Made by a program: the position numbers and the translations under genes. Source: Antedon mediterranea (lineage: Eukaryota > Animalia > Echinodermata). From it: a DNA stretch of 64,000 nt. Positions 47,736 to 64,000 of the stretch are shown piece after piece (the first letter of the stretch is position 1; every line of letters begins with the position of its first letter). The notes beneath the pieces were generated by a model. That model worked only from the letters and a program-made list of their open reading frames with translations. It made no database searches and was not told the origin of the DNA. The DNA is taken from assembly GCF_964355755.1 (NCBI RefSeq), contig NC_092670.1:39978388-40042387 (forward strand). Direction: 5' to 3'.

Positions 47736-49409
47736 GATGAATGATGAAACATAGAGGAGAAACTATAGATAATTATTGGATTCTATGATCAATAGATATT
47801 TTTGTGCTCGCACCTGGCCTTATTCTGTGTTTACGTTTGTCATGATGTTGTTACTATCCATGTCGTTTCAGGTCCAGTAGGGTTAATGTGAACACATTGT
47901 AATTTAGAACCAAATACCAATAACGTTAATGATAGTAGGCCTATCCTTGTATGTCTGTACTAATTATATTATGTTTCTATCGTCTTTAAAATATAGGCCT
48001 ACCACTAATATCATAAAGATACACCCGGCAAATGCCATTTCCTCTTCCTAATTTTTAATTTCAAGTTACTAGATTTAACAAAATTTTTGTTCCTGTTTCG
48101 TTATTTGCTGCTTTCTGTGCTCGATTTCTGCTTAATTTATATACACTTTATCATTGTTTTCTTTTTTTCGTTTACCTTTTTTATGAAATATTATTATTGC
48201 ATATAATGTAACACAAAACACTATATCTATTTTTTTCATTTATTTGTTACTATGTCATATTATTATTATGTTTCAGGCTTGCCCAACACAAGTACTTCTT
48301 CTTCGGGATCAAGCCTTCTTTCAATGTTTATTTTGTCATAATATTTTCACACTTTATTTTGTTACCATGACATTGAAAGTAAATAAATGTTCAAATGCAA
48401 AAAAAAAAAAAAAATATATTAGAGATTTTCAAATCATGTTTGATTGAAAAAATGTTCATCTGGTTTGAAGATACGTTATTCTAAAATTATATTTTTAGTT
48501 TCTCAAAATAGAATTTAAATATAAAAATATCCAAGTATTTGTATTGCGGTGTGAATAGAGCCTATTCTATTTAGTATTTATGTATGTTCGGTATTTCTTC
48601 TCCTTTTTTTTTGGATTTGAATTGCAATAAAGTTTCCTTGTTTGTATTAAATTGAAATTAAATTGAGTTATATCAATTGGAATGGAATCCATAAGTTTTA
48701 TTATGTATGAAAATTATATATTTGTATAATTGATTTTGATGTAGAAATTATGAAAAAGAATGCCTACACTGTTTTTCTAATTTTACTTATACAATTTAAA
48801 GAAAGTACTGTATTAACAAGCTATATTCGTAAAACGTATAGCATTTCTTCATAATTTTAGAAAAATAAACATGAAATGTTTAATACATTAATGTTTGTGG
48901 TGGATTTTTGTGTGTGTGACCTCAAATAGAATTTTACTAATACTAAAACATACCGGTATGGCCTGACAAAACAACCATACATCTGATCGACTGACGATGG
49001 TAGCAGAAATTGAGCCAATTTTAGATATGATCGAGGAGGCCAGTTTGTTTATGATTTGAAAAATAAATGATGATGATGATGATGACGATGATGATAATCA
49101 ACTTTGCTATAGTCGCCGTTATCACATAGAAAATGTATTCATTTCAACTTTATTAATATAGAATGTAACCAGCTTTCCAACTAAGCATTCAAAATGACAA
49201 AATATCTATATCTATATATAATGAACTAAAATAAAAATTACAATATAAAATCGTAATTAGTTCAGTAAAAAACATGAATGCTCCAGTGAAGATCTGTGTT
49301 TAAATAAGACAGTCTTGTGCTCACATCAAATGGGTAGGTTGACTTCATATTAAGCATGCAGAAGACTTATAAACTGTAAATTTGCTTTTGTGCATTTCGT
49401 ACGTGTAGG

Positions 49410-49530
49410 TATCATCATCATCATAATCGTCACCATCTTTATCATCAATATCATCATCGTCACCATCTTTATCATCATCATCGTCACCATCTTTATCATC
49501 GTCATCATCGTCGTCCTCCTCTTTATCATT
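49410..49530. repeat. Degenerate (ATC)n microsatellite
   Basis: Directly visible; it gives the spurious D-rich and I-rich ORFs. Confidence 0.85.
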
Positions 49531-50105
49531 CAATTTTATTTTAGTTGCATAAGATACCGTACATCATTTATGTAATAACAACACATGAGAGTAGAATGCA
49601 CTTATGCTGGAGAAACTTAAATAAGCCAAGAGGGCTTTAAGGCTAGTTCCAACAGAAAAAAAGAATTCAAAAAGTATATCTGTTCATAAATATTTCAAGT
49701 GTGGTCAACAAATAAATAAATAATTAATAATGAATAAATAAATAAAGGGAAAACAATTACACCCATGATCTTGAAATAGGCCTACCGTCCTTTTTTATTA
49801 ATCATAATACAATTTCTAATGTAAATTCCATGAAAGTGTCTGAAACATGTTTAACAAGGGTGGTTGGAAATCAACATGTTTTTATGTATGCGTAAGTAAT
49901 AAATGTGAACTGAACTGAACTTGTATTGTATCTCTTTTAAATCAGAGACACAGTCTCAATGAGATGTGCAACAAGTTTACAGTGAAAAATAATACGCACA
50001 CGCTTATATATATATATATACAGTATATACAAAAAAAATGTGGGTATGACAAATGTAATGTATGTAACGTTTATGTTAGGCAAAATATTTAAAATATCGC
50101 CCTCT

Positions 50106-50150
50106 ATTGGTAATCATCAACTACTCCGGTGAGTGACGTCATTTGGGCGG
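50106..50150 (+). promoter_or_regulatory. Probable scribble core promoter: reverse CCAAT, CRE and GC box
   Basis: ATTGG 50106-50110, TGACGTCA 50134-50141 and GGGCGG 50145-50150, ~160-200 bp upstream of the ATG. Confidence 0.6.
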
Positions 50151-50212
50151 ACATGTTGTTTGGGTTGCGGTTTGATCAAAAGTTTGTGTTGGCATTAGAC
50201 GTACTAAACTAA

Positions 50213-60764
<10,552 letters not shown>

Positions 60765-63700
60765 TGAAACACAATTGGACTGATTAGTAGTCAGAATTGT
60801 CAATGTGTTTGATTCAATGACTGGGATAATAATATGAAGCACTATAAACATTTCCACTCGGCTGTGTAAATTGGCCTTTATCAATAGTACCAACAAGAAG
60901 TCAATTTGGATATAATTTACATGTACCTGTACAGTACACGCATACTAGACAATAACAAGTATTGTCGAAAAATGTTGGACACTGCTTTGGAAAAAAATTG
61001 TACCATTAAAGTACATCAAACAATCGTGAATATGAATTAATATCCATAAAGACCCTGTGACCTTTAACTTGATCTTTAACCTGGGATTGTAGGTCATCAA
61101 TAGCTAAATAGACGAATGATTGATGTACTTAGATATGATTTATTCATAAGCTCCCATACTAATCCCCAAAGGTATTTGACATGCTATGACATAATTAAGT
61201 AAACATAAAATATGGTGTTATGTAATGTACACTGTTAAATACATAATAATAACCGTTTGTGTTTCTCACTCCCGCTGAAAAAGAAAGAAAGAGAACATAT
61301 ATTCTTCCTTATTGCTGACATAGATATACTAGTGATATTATAGTTCACTATATCTCTATGTTTCAGATATTCACATACAGTACATGAATAATAGAAACTA
61401 ATATAAATACCTTGGAATAACTTTTTTCCCCATATAAAATAAAAGTACATAAAGTGTTGGGAAATTAGTGTGGTTATTTTAAAAATAATTTATTTGATTT
61501 CAACATTTAAATTTAAAGTATACTTGAATGTGTATGTTCTATGCATCAGTACTCATTCCTATGCTGAATGATTTTACGAATTACATGAGGGATCAGCTCA
61601 AAAATGTGATAAATATATTTGATCATCTTAGGGCTGACCATACAATAGGATTAATAAGAATGCAGGGTGTTGTTCAGCCATGACCAGTTATAGCCTTGTT
61701 TGACTTTTTAATAGATAAATGAATCATTCATATTTCATTATTGAATGTTAAATGTGGGTTAGGGTTAAATGAATTAAAATAAAATACATTTAGTATAGTA
61801 TCTGAATTGAACTTCATAGACATTTCATTTATTTGAATCATTTGGTGACCAGTGGCTTTATTGACCAGTGACTTTATTGACCATTCACCAATCATTAAAC
61901 TTAAAACATAAGATTACTCCTCTGTAAATCATAATTGAAATCCTTAAATATATATTTTCCTTCAAAAACATGAAAAATGAAGATTAATATAACAAACTTT
62001 AATGGACCATTTTGCAGTTTTCAGGGAACAATATTTGTTTATTTATTCAATAGTCTGTAGGCCTTAAACAGACGGCTGCTTGAAGGAAAATTTAAGCGTG
62101 ATTGGAGAATAGGACTAACTACTGGTATCTTCCTACTTAAATGTCAAAGCATACATATTTTTGGGTTTTTTTTTTACATTTATTTTTATATTTCTATTAA
62201 CAAATTTAATTGAAGGTATCTATTGTTAATCTTTCAGTTATTACCATGCAAACTAAATTTTGTTGAAGTGGGAATTGTGATGTTTTTTTAGAATACTTTC
62301 TGTACAAATAATTATCTGTTTAGACCATAAATTGTGTTACATGAGAATAAAAAAAGTTACTAATACAGTCTCATTCATGAGAGTTAGTCACAAAACTTGG
62401 GTAATTATTTAATGTGTACTTGGCCAAAATATAAATTACGGTAATCAAATTAGTTGAATTGGTGAATAAGCATTACGTAATGACTAGAGTAAGATTACAG
62501 AAAACTGTTTATAGCTCTGTCTACATTATCAAACTTTATGTGACAACAAAACAATATGATGTGCCTACATATGGATATGAGGATGTCATATCACTACCAT
62601 ATTTGGGCATATCACTACTATATTTGGTCACATCACCCTTTTTTTTTCAAAATTGTTATATAGTGTAGACAGAGCTTAAAAGGTTTGCATGGCAAAAATT
62701 TATATAATGGAACGTGTGCATGTATGTAGTTTAAAAAGAACTGTTGAGATACTCGCAAGTTTTCTCAGAGCACTCTCACTCATGAGGACGATCAAAGCAA
62801 ATTGATTAGAATTGGATATGTGGTATACCACACAAACTTTATATCATTAGGCTTGCCTAGATAGATATGAAGTAGAAACAACAATTCCATTGAGTGGATC
62901 CTGCAGTACTATAGAACAATCAAACAGTATTGTATTGAGGTCAAAAGAGGTATAAAGCAATGTATTGTGTAAAGTTATCCAAGCACTTAGACCTGTACTT
63001 AGCCCTTATGATTCATCATACTATCTTAAACATGCTGAGCTGTTTACAACAATGATCACCAACAACAGATATGAGATATTAATCCTCATTTCAATGAGCA
63101 ACATAAACTTTAAACTATTCAAGTTCTTTCAATTCTATTCACAAGGTTAACCATCTATTATTAAACAAATTATTTTATACTTCCTGTTGCATCCAAAATT
63201 AGCTAAAATTTGAGGAATTTAACGCAAAAAAATATGATACGAAAAGGTACGAAATAACTACATGTGAGAAGTTGAATAAATAAAATAAAAATTCCTGAAG
63301 CTAATAAGTTTGTTTAATTAAACTAAATTGAAATATTGCGATTTAAAAATCTTAATTTTGTCGTGCTAAGGGACAATAGTTTATTTATTTCAACAATATT
63401 TAATGAGGGTGATCTAGCCGAAGCTGATCATTAGGGATCCTCAGAACAATAGGGTTCGACTATCCCAAGTAACCCAGTAATATCAAAGAACTCAAGAATC
63501 TCCTGTTCTTCGCATTCAAAACACAGTATCAGAAGTACAGGGTTAAAAGGTCAAACTGGGCGACGCCATTTCACAGCATGGAGCAGCGCCCTCTCCAAGC
63601 TACGAAGTTAAACTATTAATTCCTAAAGAGGGCTCAGTCAATTACTCTATCCCCCTATAGTATTAGCAGATCCCCTCTATGATTTTGACTTTCTAATTTG

Positions 63701-64000
63701 ATGTGGGCGCCCTACTCAATGGCTCACAATGGCACCACCCTTTTGCTCTATTCTATCCTACAATGCCTTTCGAATTGTCACAAGCTTTGGACGAACAGAA
63801 GATTCTTGTGTTTATAAGTTCTTTGGTAATATTTAAGTATACAGGTATCCAAGACGGTTCTTTCCACAAAATGTTTTGCATTGTGTCCGTCCACCTATCT
63901 CAGGATTAACCATAATTTAAAAGATACATATTTTCTTTCAAATTTCATATTTGTACGTATTGTATTTCATTGTAACATGATAGTTTTGCTTTTAAGTTGG

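Noticed and set aside
49345-49575. Asp-rich / Ile-rich ORFs
   Set aside because: They are translations of an (ATC)n microsatellite.
63350-64000. Possible LINE 3' end on the minus strand
   Set aside because: Tail-like sequence is present, but the coding motifs are too degenerate to support a call.

Overview
AT-rich, intron-containing animal genomic DNA, probably from a marine invertebrate deuterostome (Deu-type SINEs, Academ, Mag-clade Gypsy; the taxon is an inference). From about 5.9 to 47.2 kb there is a cluster of four ZU5-containing genes with no receptor ectodomain. Three are tandem minus-strand ZU5-UPA-death-domain copies: A is a pseudogene whose ZU5 exon is split by a 9.4-kb insertion, C is frameshifted, and D appears intact (~830 aa). 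The fourth, E (~523 aa), is on the plus strand, head-to-head with D, and stops just after ZU5. D and E share a divergent ~190-aa helical N-terminal domain that resembles SPACA9 by eye. C, D and E keep an HF|T motif at the position of the PIDD1/UNC5CL autoproteolysis site. From 50.3 kb the window holds the first five LRR coding exons of a scribble orthologue. Mobile DNA includes a very young Ty3/Gypsy element (identical 260-bp LTRs) inside a C2H2 zinc-finger pseudogene, a solo LTR, a fossil Academ, MITEs, SINEs and LINE fragments. TACAGTA/TACTGTA and TAGGCCTA motifs are abundant and behave like transposon excision footprints. All gene models were built by hand from splice signals and exon phases, and no database searches were run.
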